Below, piece after piece: positions 1-12,930 of a DNA stretch of 64,000 bases. A program made the translations under genes and the position numbers. The notes beneath the pieces were generated by a model, which was not told the DNA's origin, did no database searches, and worked only from the letters and a program-made list of their open reading frames with translations. The first letter of the stretch is position 1, and each line of letters begins with the position of its first letter. This DNA is from Nemertoderma westbladi (lineage: Eukaryota; Animalia; Xenacoelomorpha): the NCBI GenBank assembly GCA_032718475.1, contig JAUCBJ010007264.1:1-64000 (forward strand), in the 5' to 3' direction.

Positions 1-125
1 TAATATATTAGCCATTATGCAGTATAATATATTAGCCATTATGCAGTATAATATATTAGCCATTATACAGTATAATATATTAGCCATTATGCAGTATAAT
101 ATATTAGCCGTTATGCAATATAATT
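1..125. repeat. 24-bp tandem repeat (TAATATATTAGCCATTATGCAGTA, ~5 copies), cut by the window start
   Basis: Periodicity is directly visible. It probably lies in the U3 of element A's 5' LTR. Confidence 0.9.
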
Positions 126-1532
126 ATTTAGATAAGACATGATAACGCGCAATGACATTTTAGATAAGGAAAATAAAACGCCCATATATTTTGAATTCAT
201 CCATTTGTATAGTATGTAGCCCTACCTATGTAATTTTGTAATAGGATATAAGTAGATAGTTCCAGGGTAGCAAGTTTGTTGGACCCTGGATTTAAGCTTG
301 CTGTTATTAGCCTTGATGGGGCTAGCTATTGGTTTTAATTTTCTCTATAATTGCGCTAAATTAACCTTTGTGCATCATGTTATTAGTACCGCTAAATTAA
401 GCGTCGGCAAAATTACCTTATATGGTGACGAATTGTGGGTTTTGGGAGCAATAGGTTCACAATCCGGCGTCCTTATTGGCCTAACTGCTTCCAGGTTGGT
501 CTAATGATAGCGCGGATTGGAGAGCCAATGAGAGAGCGATTGCATCATCCCTCTTGAATCACCTATAAACTGGCGGTTTGCCGGTATGTACAATGTTAAT
601 TAATTATTTTGTCGTTGTTCTTAGTATCTTTGTTCTTAATCACCCTTGTAGCTTGATACATTTTGTGCGTAATTCTTTGTAAATTCTGTATTTCTGCTCT
701 TTTTTCGGAATTATTTTCTTGCAATGATTAGCTAATTGATTCTTGCTTGTGTTTCTCAATCAATCCCAATGATTACTGTTAATTACAATTGGAACTATGA
801 TTTCTACCCCTTTAGTTAATGGTTCTATGTGATTCCTTTCGACACAATAATCCTACGGGATTTCTTAGACTGTCAGACTTTGTGATTTGCATGTGCCGCT
901 ACGGTAGCTATTCAGTTTGATGGAGGGCTAAGTTACCGATAGGCGCGGCGGGTGCATCGGGGGGTTAGCGACGAAGGGAGTGCGGAGGATTCAAAGGCGG
1001 GCAATGCTGGCGGGAAGGTCGCCGTTGCGGTCGGGCAGTTGGCAGTGTAGAGTGGGGACCACTCGTTAGTACAGTAATTAGGGGCTGATGATCCAGATTT
1101 TGTCTCTATTTTTTAGTATTAGGGGGGCAGGAATTGGGTTAGTTAGGAAGCCTAGATGTACTCAGGAGAGGCCTACGTGCTTTACATTGCGAATTGCGAA
1201 TTGCAAATTGCGAATTGCGGATTGAGCATTGCGAGCTGAGTAGTTGACTGCGAGTTGTGAACTGTTGATTGCTAATTGAGAATTGTACATTAGGAACTAA
1301 ATTGGTAAGTATAAAATATTGATTGTTACGCTGATTGGTGTGTTACTAAAGTGTGCCTAATAAATCACGAATGTTTTGATAGGTGCTCTTTTCCCCTTTG
1401 ATTGATTTCTATTTCTTAGTTTACTGTAAATAATTACTGATTAGGTCGAAAATAATACGGTATTTAGACTGTTACTAGTACAACCAGTTACATAATAAAT
1501 TAGAATTGCGCATTCTGGAATACTTAGTAATT

Positions 1533-2260
1533 AGTACGCTGTAACATATTTGTGACTGTAATTAATTAGTAAAATTAAGAATTTGTACACAGCATAGCGG
1601 AGAGTAGTTAAGGTAGTAATTTGGAGTACCGTACACTATTCACGCTGGTCGGTTATTTAATTAGCGGACAATAACTTAGATCGCAGTATACAGTACGCAA
1701 CACGCATTAGTAATTTTGCTGGCCTAAAGCCAGCCGTAGGCAAGTTTAGTCCCACAGCAGGTATTAGCCCCAAAAAAGATACTGTACTAGAAAATTTGAT
1801 TATTTAAATATTCTCACATTCACACATTCCGTTAGGGAACCCCAGTCTTTGCGATTAGATGCGATTAGATTAGATTAGAAAAGACGTAATTGTTAACGCG
1901 TTTTAGCAGCAAAATTAGGCCGTAGGAATACACTCTGAGTGTAGAGCCTCTCACACTCGTCTTAAGTAAGCTTAGGGAGCCGATTCGGGTTTATTGTTTT
2001 GGTTATTCCCGCGTGGCTCATATATTCGAACAGTTAGCTCTCTATTGAGTAATCGGTAGAGAAAGGAACGAGAAATTAGCAGGAGCAGTAGAAATTAGGG
2101 AAATATATTAGCGGACGGCAGGTTAGCGCCATCCAACGGAGAGTAGCGGTTTTGTATTTAGCAGCCCTACATTAGCAATTACACGCTCCTGATTGCCCTG
2201 TTTAATAAATAGTGCAGTTTTGTATCTTTATTGGTTAGGCCGGGTAGTTTGTTCGTAACA
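1533..2260 (+). repeat. Element A 5' LTR (part alignable to the 3' LTR; LTR likely extends back past position 1)
   Basis: Matches 45403-46120 with about 11 substitutions and one 10-bp indel; ends TTCGTAACA. Confidence 0.9.
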
Positions 2261-2956
2261 GTAAAGCACGTTTATTGTCTGCTGTAGGCCTACAGCGTAC
2301 AGTAAGACATCGAGTGTATCCTTAGGCTGTTAAGTAGGATCACTGTACTGCGTACAGTGAAGGCACGTGATTCGCTGTTGCTTGCAACAGCATACAGTAT
2401 TCTTTAGGCTGTTAGGTTAGTGTACTGTTTTACTTACTGTACTGCGCACAGTGGATGTACGGTAGCGCGTTTACTAATTGCAAATACAGCAGTTCATTAG
2501 GCCGTTAGGGCAAGCTGTAATTAGTAAGTTTTTTGAAAATTTTAGCTAGGTTTGTGAGAATTCAGTTTCAGTCAAAATTATTTTGTGATAAAATCTAGAG
2601 TTTTGTACCGGTATGTTGGATAACCGCTTAGTTGTTTTATACCATCTGGAGATACATGGCAAGACGGAGCTTCTGAGTTTGGGGTTCGTGTGGGTCTGCG
2701 GGTTCGGTTTGCAATCAGCGAAAGGACTGAAACTTTGGACGCGGACGTGGAATCTCATAGCAAACAAGGTTAGTTGTTCTGTTGGCACCATTGTATTTGT
2801 GGAAGCAGTAAAAAATTATCGGTTGTTTAACTGCGAAGCTGAACTCAATTTATTAGTTATTAGTTAGCTTTAGCCGACCATGGTTTTTTGAATCGCTCGA
2901 GTTAGAGAGAGAGAGAGAGTCGTAGCCCGAAGATGTAGCCACGCGCTAGTGGATAC

Positions 2957-5900
2957 TGTTAGTTGATTCACAATAGATTCTTATAACAAAGAATAGGCTT
3001 GAATATAAAACTATATATTGAGCGATATTGATAAATCCGATTGTAATAACTATTGACGAATATATAATAAACAATTAATAGCCAAACACCAATGAACACA
3101 ACTTTCGAAACCAAGGCGTCACGCACAAGTCAATGTTAGTCGGGCCAATGATAAAAGACGATGCCCTAGTAGCATATGGTAGGTTTAACTATAAGTACAG
3201 CAGTATCGCTTACCGGTACTGAGTAACACATAAACTCATAAGAAAAAAGATTATCTACCGGTACTCGCCGATAAGCTAATTCAAAATTCCCTCTCACAAA
3301 TTCCCCCCTACTTAAAACTTTGAATAAAGTGAACAAAAATTACATTACTTACAGTAAGTCAATGCAATAATCCGCTAACGATAATAGTTCTTGGTGATAA
3401 TCGCAACATTTCCTAAAAAATTACTGTATCAAACAAATATATAAATAACACCAAAAAAAAACCTAAAAATACCATCAATATCATAGTTGGAATAGTAATT
3501 TAAATCATTGAATAGTAAATCAAAATTGCAAAAGCAATACAGTACAAAAGTTCTGTAATTAACCCAATTACATCGAAACAATAAAATCGTCTTTGGTAAC
3601 TTTACGCGGGTCCTTTTTGTCAATACATCGGCCAAATTCTTCTCTGAAGCAATTAATTTCAGTTTCCAATCATTCCTTATGATCCCTTCACAGATATACG
3701 AGAAATCTATCAACAGGCGTTTTTCCAATGGTGTTCCTCGTTTACTGGAAACAGCATCAAACAAAGATTTATTATCAGTGTACGCTTCTATCGCAGTAAA
3801 ATAACCAGTTATCCATTCAATGATGTTCCGAACAAAACAGGCAGCGTCTAGACCATCGACCAAAGCAATTGTTTCGGCTGATAAAGCGCTCTTAGCAACT
3901 CGTCGTGTCTTAATGGATCTCCACGAAATTAATGAACTACCCCAATAAATAATATACCCACACCAACTGGGTAAATCAAACGAGGCATCACAATAAACGG
4001 TTAGCTTGTTAGATTCCACCTTGGTATAATGTAAACCAACATTCGCTGTGTGCTGTAAATAACGTATTAATTTGTTAATCGTATTCTTCGTAACATCTGT
4101 CATTTCTTGGTTATTTAACATGGAAAGTGAACCAACATGAAATGATATGTCTGGCCTCGAAGTTCCAGCTGCCCATAAAAGTTTGCCGACAATTTTCCGA
4201 TTAATATTTGGTTTATATTGATTATCCACTTCATCAACTGAAAGCTCTATTAAATTTGAAACAAATTGAGATTGATTAATTTCAATCAAACCATTTTCTG
4301 AACGACGAATCTGCATACCAAGAAAATTGCTCCACTCTGAGGACAATATTTTCTTATATCCAATGGTCAATCGATGTGAAAGTTTGTTTAATACGACTCC
4401 AAATTCTACAGATCCTATAGAAATGATGTCATCTACATGGACTGCCATACAACCAATTATTTCCTCTGTCGAAGTTTTAAAGACAAATACAGCTCTGTCC
4501 GACGGACAAGATTTTCCATTAAGAATACTTAGCTCTTCGTACAATCGATTGTACCATTGACGTGAGGCATCAGTTAAACCGTACACGCATCGTTTTAGTT
4601 TCCAAACATAGCCTGGTCTCGCATAATCACGCGGTGGTATAACAAAAACATCTCTAGAGATATTAGACCCTTGAAGGAATGCAGTCTTAATATCAATAAA
4701 CGTGATATCCCAGTTGTTCGTTAGAGCCAAAACTAGCAGCAAACGTATAGATTCTTTGGAGCAAGTTGGAGAATAAGATTCTGGATTATCCAAATCTTCA
4801 AACCCTCTAGCTACCAATCTCGCTTTTGGTACTTTTGCGCCATGGGGTGTTTCCTTCCAAGTCAATACCCATTTGGTAGTCACGGTATTCATGCCTTCCT
4901 TAAAAGGTATTTCTTCATAGACATCATTAGCTGCCCATTGACTCAACTCGTCAAGCTTGGCAGCCTTAAATGGATCGAATTTGTCATCATCATTAGCATT
5001 AGAAGTGAACATAGCCACTTCACACGATTCAACCTCAGATTCCGGATTTTCTGCAGGACCTCTCAAGCGATTTCTTAGTGGGTAAGTCTTGGTCTGGCTG
5101 TCTTTGACTAATTTTCTAGAACTACAAGATCCGTTTACACCACCATTAACATTCTCATTGATTTGAGTTGGACCACTCTCCTTATGAGAAGTATTGGAAT
5201 GACCCGGATCGAATTCATTATGATGTGTTATTGGTACAGTGTTATCTGTTTGCTCTTTGTATGGTAAATTAAGTGGTGCGTCTTGAGATGGCGAATCATT
5301 ATTGGTGGAAGGTTCGGAATCGGGAAGGTCATTCTCATCAATATTGTCGAGGTTTGAATTTCCTTTATTGATAATTGGTCTTACAAAATTCTTATGACAA
5401 CGGAAAAATATTCCTCCCTGTTTAATCATGTATTCACAGCCTTGACGAGAAACAACTACGCCAGGACCATACCATTTCTTGAAACGATTGCTGAAATAGT
5501 AGACTTGATCTCCACTAGCACAGTGTATTATTGATGGTCGGATATTTCGTGCCAAAGCTCGCCGAACGCGTGAACTAGCCTCAACTGTGGCATATTCCTT
5601 ACGAACTTTATTTAACAGCTCGAGGTGTCCTTCAACAGACGATGCTGATTCACAAGCTTGATCCAACGCAGTAAGCTTATCGGTTAACATACTATTCAGA
5701 TATGGACCTCTACCAAACACAATATGGTGAGGTGAGTATCCAGTCGCATTGGGCCAGGAGTTCTTTGCTAGAGAAATCATCCGAAATAGTTTATAATTAC
5801 TTGAATTTGGCTGCTCCAGTTTCACCTTTTTAAAAATTTCTTTGACAATAGAATTATGGCGCTCGACAATGCCATTCGAAAAAGGACAGTAAGGCACTGT

Positions 5901-8479
5901 TGACTTATTAGATATGTTGAGTTTTTCGCACATTTCATTGAACAGATGGCTAACAAATTCCTTTCCATTATCGGTAAGAATTCCTTTCGGCTGACCAAAT
6001 ACAGACACCCACATGTCCAGAAAAACGTCGATGATCGTTGTAGTTCGTTTGTCTTTCACAGGTGTGGCAATACTATATCGACTAAACAAATCTATGATGT
6101 GAATTGCCCAGTTACCTGTCTCAGGAATTAAAAATAGGTCTGCAGCTAATACTTCTTTGAAAGAATTAGACAAAGGCGATGATACAATTGGCCTAAATGG
6201 TGGTCTACTAATTAGGCTGCATGGCTGACATTGATCGATAACAGCTTTAATTTTTGACTTGGTGGTATCAAGGCCAGATTGAATAATTAACTTGTAGAGT
6301 GTCTCACATCCAGCATGACCAAATTGACAATGTAGTTTATCCAATTCTATATCACTGATTTGATATTGATGATATTGACGATATTGATGATATTGACACT
6401 GCCAAATAATTCGTAGAACTTCCACACCATTGAGTGTAGAGTACGAGATGACCATTGTGGAAAAAAAGTTTGCATTCAACACCATTTATTTTGATGATCC
6501 TTTTGGCAATGTATATAACCGCGTCAAGGTTCTCAAGGGTGTTACTCGATAGAAATAGCGTGCCTGATATAATATCAATAATAATTTTGTACCGGCTATT
6601 TGCGATATAAATTGGCACAATTACAGAAAATTGCCGTTCACCACCCCCAAATATAAACACAGTGTTTGAGTGTAACTGTTGTAGTTGTGAGATATCTAGT
6701 TTGCTAAAGGTCAAGAAACTGTTCAGCCATTCTTCTCCAGCTACAGTTTTAGTACATCCGGTATCAACAATGAGGTAAGGCACTGAAGGTTCAATAGGAC
6801 TCCTCGGAATATTTGAAGACAGGTAGACATTGTTGTTATCGTGATTATCATCTTCGACAATAGCATTACCATTATCACCATTATCCTGATTACCAGCTAA
6901 ATCATGGATGTGCGGGCAGAAATTGATTGAACAATAAACAGAATCACAAAAGTTGCATCGAAACGCTTTATCCTTATCAGGGCATGAATTGGCAAGGTGT
7001 AAAATAGAATTGCAAATATGGCAGCGAGGATTATTTGTGTGCGGACATTTATCAGCCCAGTGTTTTTGAGACAAACAAATTCGGCATGGATTAGATGAAC
7101 TTGGACCTGAAGATGAAGTTTTATTACCAAAACTTTTATTACCATGACTAAATCGGTTGCGTGCTCTAAGTTGTGCTGAATATAGAGCCATACCAGAACC
7201 ATCATCATCATGAATTGCAGACACTTCATTGCTTTTACCGAAGAAACTAGGCTCGACCTTAATTGCATCTTTATAACTATCTTCTTCACACAAAGTAGAA
7301 CTTGAAAACTTAGAAAACATACGTAAGACATTACTACGTACATCCTCTGATTTCAGGGTAGAAGTTGCTAGAAGAAGGCGTCATTCATACTCTGATATAT
7401 TACAGCTATCAATCAACTGTGCGGCAACAACTGGATCGCTTAAAGTCATTTGATGCATTTTCATTTTATTTAGTACTCTGTCAAAATCGGCAACAAAGCT
7501 TTTCATGCTTTGTGACTCCTTTCCTTTTAGCTTTTTAAATTTCGTAAAGCATTCAAAAGCAGATTCTTCTTGTCCTTGCTTGAAAATATCATCAAGAATC
7601 TTCAATAATCTCTCTAAACCATCATCCTTTTCTAGGTCATCTAAGTCAATGTCTAGAGCCCTTTCTTTAGCTTTGCCTTGCAACCGTAGGATAATTGCTA
7701 AAGCTCGTTTTCTTTTTCCTAGGTCAGTTATCCTATTCCATACATCAATTTCCTTTCTCCATAATTCAAAATTTGTCGAATTTGGATCGAAAATGGGTGG
7801 ATCTCGAATAGATGAGAACCGAGTATCTGGTCCCGCAGCAGCTAATTCGTCCATATCGCTATCATTCATGATTTTTAGTAAGATGAAAGATGCAATTACT
7901 TAGATCTGGTATGTCTGTAGGCCTATATCTTACTCGTTGTGGGCTTTCTGTACTGGGTACCGGTAAGTAAGGACTGACACGACAGATCCGAATTAGTTAG
8001 TTGGTAGTCTGGTGGTAGGCTACTGGTGACTGTCTGACGGACTACCGGCTGAACGGTAGTAAGTTGTTTGCTATGCTAGTCTCTGAATCTGAATGTACGC
8101 TGTAAATCTAGAAAGAGGCAACCACGCTCTGCTACCATGTTAGTTGATTCACAATAGATTCTTATAACAAAGAATAGGCTTGAATATAAAACTATATATT
8201 GAGCGATATTGATAAATCCGATTGTAATAACTATTGACGAATATATAATAAACAATTAATAGCCAAACACCAATGAACACAACTTTCGAAACCAAGGCGT
8301 CACGCACAAGTCAATGTTAGTCAGGCCAATGATAAAAGATGATGCCCTAGTAGCATACGGTAGGTTTAACTATAAGTACAGCAGTATCGCTTACCGGTAC
8401 TGAGTAACACGTAAACTCATAAGAAAAAAGATTATCTACCGGTACTCGCTGATAAGCTAATTCAAAATTCCCTCTCACA
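2957..8479 (-). mobile_element. Ty1/Copia LTR retrotransposon, GalEa-like, full length
   Basis: 342-bp TG..CA LTRs at 2957-3298 and 8138-8479; TSD GATAC; PBS TGGTAGCAGAGCGTGGT (tRNA-iMet type, 8121-8137); PPT next to 3299; domain order IN-RT-RH. Confidence 0.95.
3429..7869 (-). pseudogene. Copia gag-protease-integrase-RT-RNaseH polyprotein, disrupted
   Basis: Gag (FELWRKEIDVW), CCHC knuckles, protease VDTGC, IN LHCQFGH/DNGKEF/SNGIVERHN, RT KARLVARGFE/DIKTAFLQG/HVDD, RH ADVLTK. Stop at 7381-7383 and frameshifts near 7330 and 6400-6480. Confidence 0.92.
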
Positions 8480-8837
8480 GATACATATAATATTTGTAAT
8501 TAAAATTGCGTTGATTAGAGCTATATATGTAAAATTAGAAATATTTGGGTGGCAAGTTCATTTCGAATATTTTGTATTAGATTCGAAATTATTTTGTGTC
8601 ATACCGGTATTTAAATGCGATATAGTAGCTAAAGAATAATATTTTGGTTTAAATATTGTACTTGTATTTGCTATAACTGTATCCTATTAAATTCACAATA
8701 TTGCATTGCGAATTTATTTTGACATTTTGGACAACTGATTATTTGACAAATAATTTAATCGTATTTCGATTAAATTATATATATATACATCTCGAAATTT
8801 TGCGAGATTTGGCCGGAAGGCAAATATTATTTAGACT

Positions 8838-11800
8838 ATGAGTGTCTCAGAGAAGGAGGCACTAGAGGACAGCTATGAGATGGCGGCTGGACCGCCGACT
8901 GACGATAGCGTTAATATTACTGTTGACGACAATGCCGACTATGACGATGCAGTGAGCGACGCTGACGTAAGTGAACAGGAGGACGAGACAGTAACTAGTG
9001 AGGAAGAGCAAGGTGAGGTAATAGTATTAGGATCCCCTACCACTACTGTAAGGAAGGATTGTATAGCAACCCGGCCGAGGTGAGTGATAGGGAGAGTAGT
9101 GTAGCAGAAGCGAGAGCCCGGAGCCCGGTTTTCAGACCTGTGGGTATGGTAAGTGCCGTGGTCCCAGCGGCTATAAGGAGTACCCGTAGTTCCCGGAATA
9201 ATCCTTCAAGTCCACCAAGTGTGAGTCAGGTAAGCGAAAGAGAACTTGACATCGCGATAAAGAAGAAACTTCGCGCGCATGCCGGACATATAACCCGGAC
9301 GGCGGACAAGGTAAGGAAGATGCTAGCGACTCAGCGAACATCGGAAGGGAAGGGTTAGTAGAGATTAGAAAAGGATACAACTCAGCGTTATTCAAGCAGA
9401 TGGAGGAGCTTGCAGTCCTAGCAAAGAGAGCAGTGGAGTCTCAGTCGAACGACGTGGCGACGAGGATTTACGACAGGGTTTTAGCAGCCTTGTTGGAGCA
9501 TCGCGCATTATCGGAGCGATTTCGGCGAGTTAGGACGGAGAACTGGCTGCTATGGGCATCACAAGCGCAGGCGACTCAAGTGACTGACGCAGAGTTAAGA
9601 AATTTAGTGGAGCGGGAAGAAACGCAGGATAAGGAGGAGCGCAGGTATCAACGGGAAGTTACCGGCTGGCTGATGCAGAGTGGAGTGGTGGTACCGGGCC
9701 AGGTGCTACCAACGACGGACAATATCCAACAGAGAACGTTAACTCCGCCCGACGACGCATCTAGAGACAGTGGCGATTCCCAGGTTAGTCACGCGCGAGG
9801 TAAGGTTATATGTGCTAGATCCCTTGTTTCTCACAACTCGGCGGAGGAGAGAAGACGCCGACTGGACGAACAGCAGGCGGAAGTTTTGCGTGCATCGGAA
9901 GCACGGAAGGAAGCCGAGCGGGAACGGGAGCGCACACGTAAGTTAGATGCGAAGTTGCGAGAGTTGGAGGATAAAGGTAAGCGGGAACAAGCAGAACGCG
10001 AACGCGAACGCAAGGAACGCGAACTCCAACTTGAACGCGAACAGAAGGAACGCGAACTCCAACTTGAATGCGAACAGAAGGAACACGAACTCCAACTTGA
10101 ACGCGAACAGAAGGAACGTGAACTCGAGATCGAGAATGAGCGACGGGTGTTGTATGAAGAGAAGGCGCGTGTGGAAGAAGAGAGCGCAGCGAGACGAGCG
10201 AGGGAAGAAGAAGAACGTAAACTGGCGCAGTTAGAAAGTGCGCGATTAAATTTAGAGAGCGAAGAACGGACCAGGAAGGCGAATGAAATCGCCGAGAAGG
10301 GGATGCGAATGATCAAAGAATGTGGGGCGAGTGTAGGTACAGAGTTGCGAGAACTGTTCGCACTGCAGAAGGCCGAACAGGAAGCAAGAACTCCGACTAT
10401 ACGCGAGTCGACGACGACCAGAATTCCTATACCCGGTCTAGCTATTACGAGTACTCGGATTGCTAAACCGTTCTCCACATATCGCACACCAGTTGGTATT
10501 AGTGCTTCACCCATCGCGCAGAATCCACGTCATCAGAACACCGCACCACTACATACCGAACGCGACAACGAAGAATTTAGAGGAGAAACTCCGACAGGAC
10601 GAGTATTGGGCAAACCAAACCCGCGGGTTTGGAATACGTGGACGGAGCGCCGACCCAGTTCGATGGAGAACTTCCGGGTTAAACCGGAAGAGGGATCATA
10701 TGAGAGACAGCGTATTACTCAGATAGAGCCGACTATACAACAGAACCCTAGCCAGGAATTTATTACGAGGGATGAGTTAAGTGTTAGTTTAGCGCAAGCT
10801 ATATCGCCGCACATCCAACCTATAACGGACATGCTTAGTAACCTACGGTTAAAGGAAGCAGCCCAGGTAAGAAGTAATTCTAATCCTAGCAGGCCTGAGT
10901 TAGATAAAGTCCAACCTAGTCAACGAGTACGTATATCGGAGGCAACTATGCCACATAGACCTCAGGTAAGGACGCCTGTCCCGAATATCCATAATCCCGA
11001 TTTCGAAAATTCGGCGGAAAAGTTTATACAAGAGGCTTGGGTCAGGGCTTCGGCACACAAACCAACGCGAGCGCTGAGAACTGATACTGACTCAAGCGAT
11101 GAATAGGAAGACATGAGACGTCAGAAGTCCCGAAACTATAAGGAAAGAAGGACGGACGCGGAGCAGGTAAGTTTTAATCCCCGGGAAAAGACCAGACTTA
11201 ATAACCCTGCAGAACTAAACCATTTGTTAACCTGGAACGACGCAACTCTTAGAGACATAGGTAAGTTTGCCGCTAGGCAAGGACTGCCGGCGCAACAACC
11301 CCAGAAGTTTATGGGCAACCACAAACATTGGAGGACGTTCAAAACCTATGTCGACGAACAGCTGACCAACAGCACCTTTACTCCCAATGAGAAGTTCAAC
11401 TACTTGCTTCAAATGCTCCATCGAGAACTAGAGCCATTGCTGACAACTTCGTCGGCAATGAAAGAGCATTCGAGTTAGAAATGAAGACGCTTAGCGACAT
11501 CTACGGGAATAAAACCAAGATGGCACAGTCGATAGTAGAAGACTTGGGTAAGGGCGGAAGGATTACAACTCCGTTAGAGCTGTTGAACTTAGCGAACGCT
11601 ATTTCGAACGCATTGGACATCTTGAGGATGGTGAATCTACCTCACCATGGTGATCACACCGAAGTTTTGAAGAGCGTAATAAGACGTTTAAACATGCGTT
11701 ACAGACAGAAATGGCGCAAATTAGAGAATAAGTTGGAGGGTCAAGGTAAGGTGTTGACACTTCAACATATTCATGACATGATAGCCACAGACGCAGTAGC

Positions 11801-12336
11801 AGAGATGAAATCAAACTTCTCAGAGGAGAATATGAGATAGTCTAAACCTGTTACTGGTAAGTCTATGGTAAGTTTTGACGATGACAGGACCACTGTGACA
11901 TTTAACTCAGTAGACAGATATAATTCGAGTACCCCAGCCTTTAGATCAGACTCGCGAGTATGGTCAGGTGAGCGGTTAGATAGACCTAGGTTAAAGCAAC
12001 AGGAGTTGCCGGATGGATTTGTAGGTTGCCAATTCTGCTTACTAAAGGAGGTAAGATCTGACGATCATAAGTTAGATAGTTGCAGACAGTTCAAAGAATT
12101 AACTTCGGAACAGAGAAGAGTTCAAGTGCGGATGTTGGACACCTGTTGGGCATGTCTTGCGCCAGGTCATGTATGGCGGCAGTGCCCGAACAGCAAGGAC
12201 GGATGCATGGAATGCGGCAGACTACATCACAAGTTGCTACATGCGGATTTCCACACCCCAACGGACCGTTACTTACAAAGAAATCCTCAAAGGAAGGGGT
12301 GCAGAGAACCCGTATCGATAAGAAGAAATACGTACA
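8838..12336 (+). pseudogene. Element A gag (acidic N-terminus, E/R/K coiled-coil repeat, BEL gag core, Cys/His knuckles), disrupted
   Basis: ORF fragments at 8838, 9059, 9400, 11113, 11481 and 11865; KFMGNHKHWRTF..EKFNYL core; CWACLAPGHVWRQC..CMECGRLHHKLLH typical of BEL gag. Confidence 0.85.
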
Positions 12337-12930
12337 TGTTAGCTTATTCAATTCCGATAACACCCCACAAAGTAAGCCGTTAAGCAATATTGGGAGCACG
12401 AGGTTGATTACCCAACCTCGTACCACCCCAACAAAGTGGGAAGGAGAAACACACAATAGGGGTCAGGGGCCATACCCCTGACAGAGAGAGAATAGCAGGA
12501 GTGAGGGGAAACACCCCAAAGGGCGCCAACAGGGATATTAGCCAATGGGGGGAAGGCACCGGCTAGGTACTGTAACAACGGCCAAACCGTGCAATATATA
12601 TTATTAGGTATCAGTAATCAGTTATTCAGTTATCTCATTTGTGTTAGTCGGTTAGCTAGGGTAGAGCGGAGACTTCTAAGACCGTCCTCGCCTACCACCA
12701 TTATCTGTACATACCGTGAATCTATACTGTATCCATTTATACTATATCTACCCTAACGTTTGCATTATACATATCGGAGAATCAATAACATCAGAACTCT
12801 TGGACTCTTTTTACACTCGAACGGCGGGGACGCGTACTTTCAATAACCGCGGATAAACCGGGATCCTCTTTGGATCCCGTCACAGTCTTAGAATCTTAGA
12901 AACCCAGCCAGCTACCGATCTAAAGATAAG

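Noticed and set aside
1448-1463. GAAAA+TAATACGGTAT as the TSD and start of the A 5' LTR
   Set aside because: It lacks the TG terminus, and similarity to 39368 stops after 8 nt. A longer LTR starting upstream fits better.
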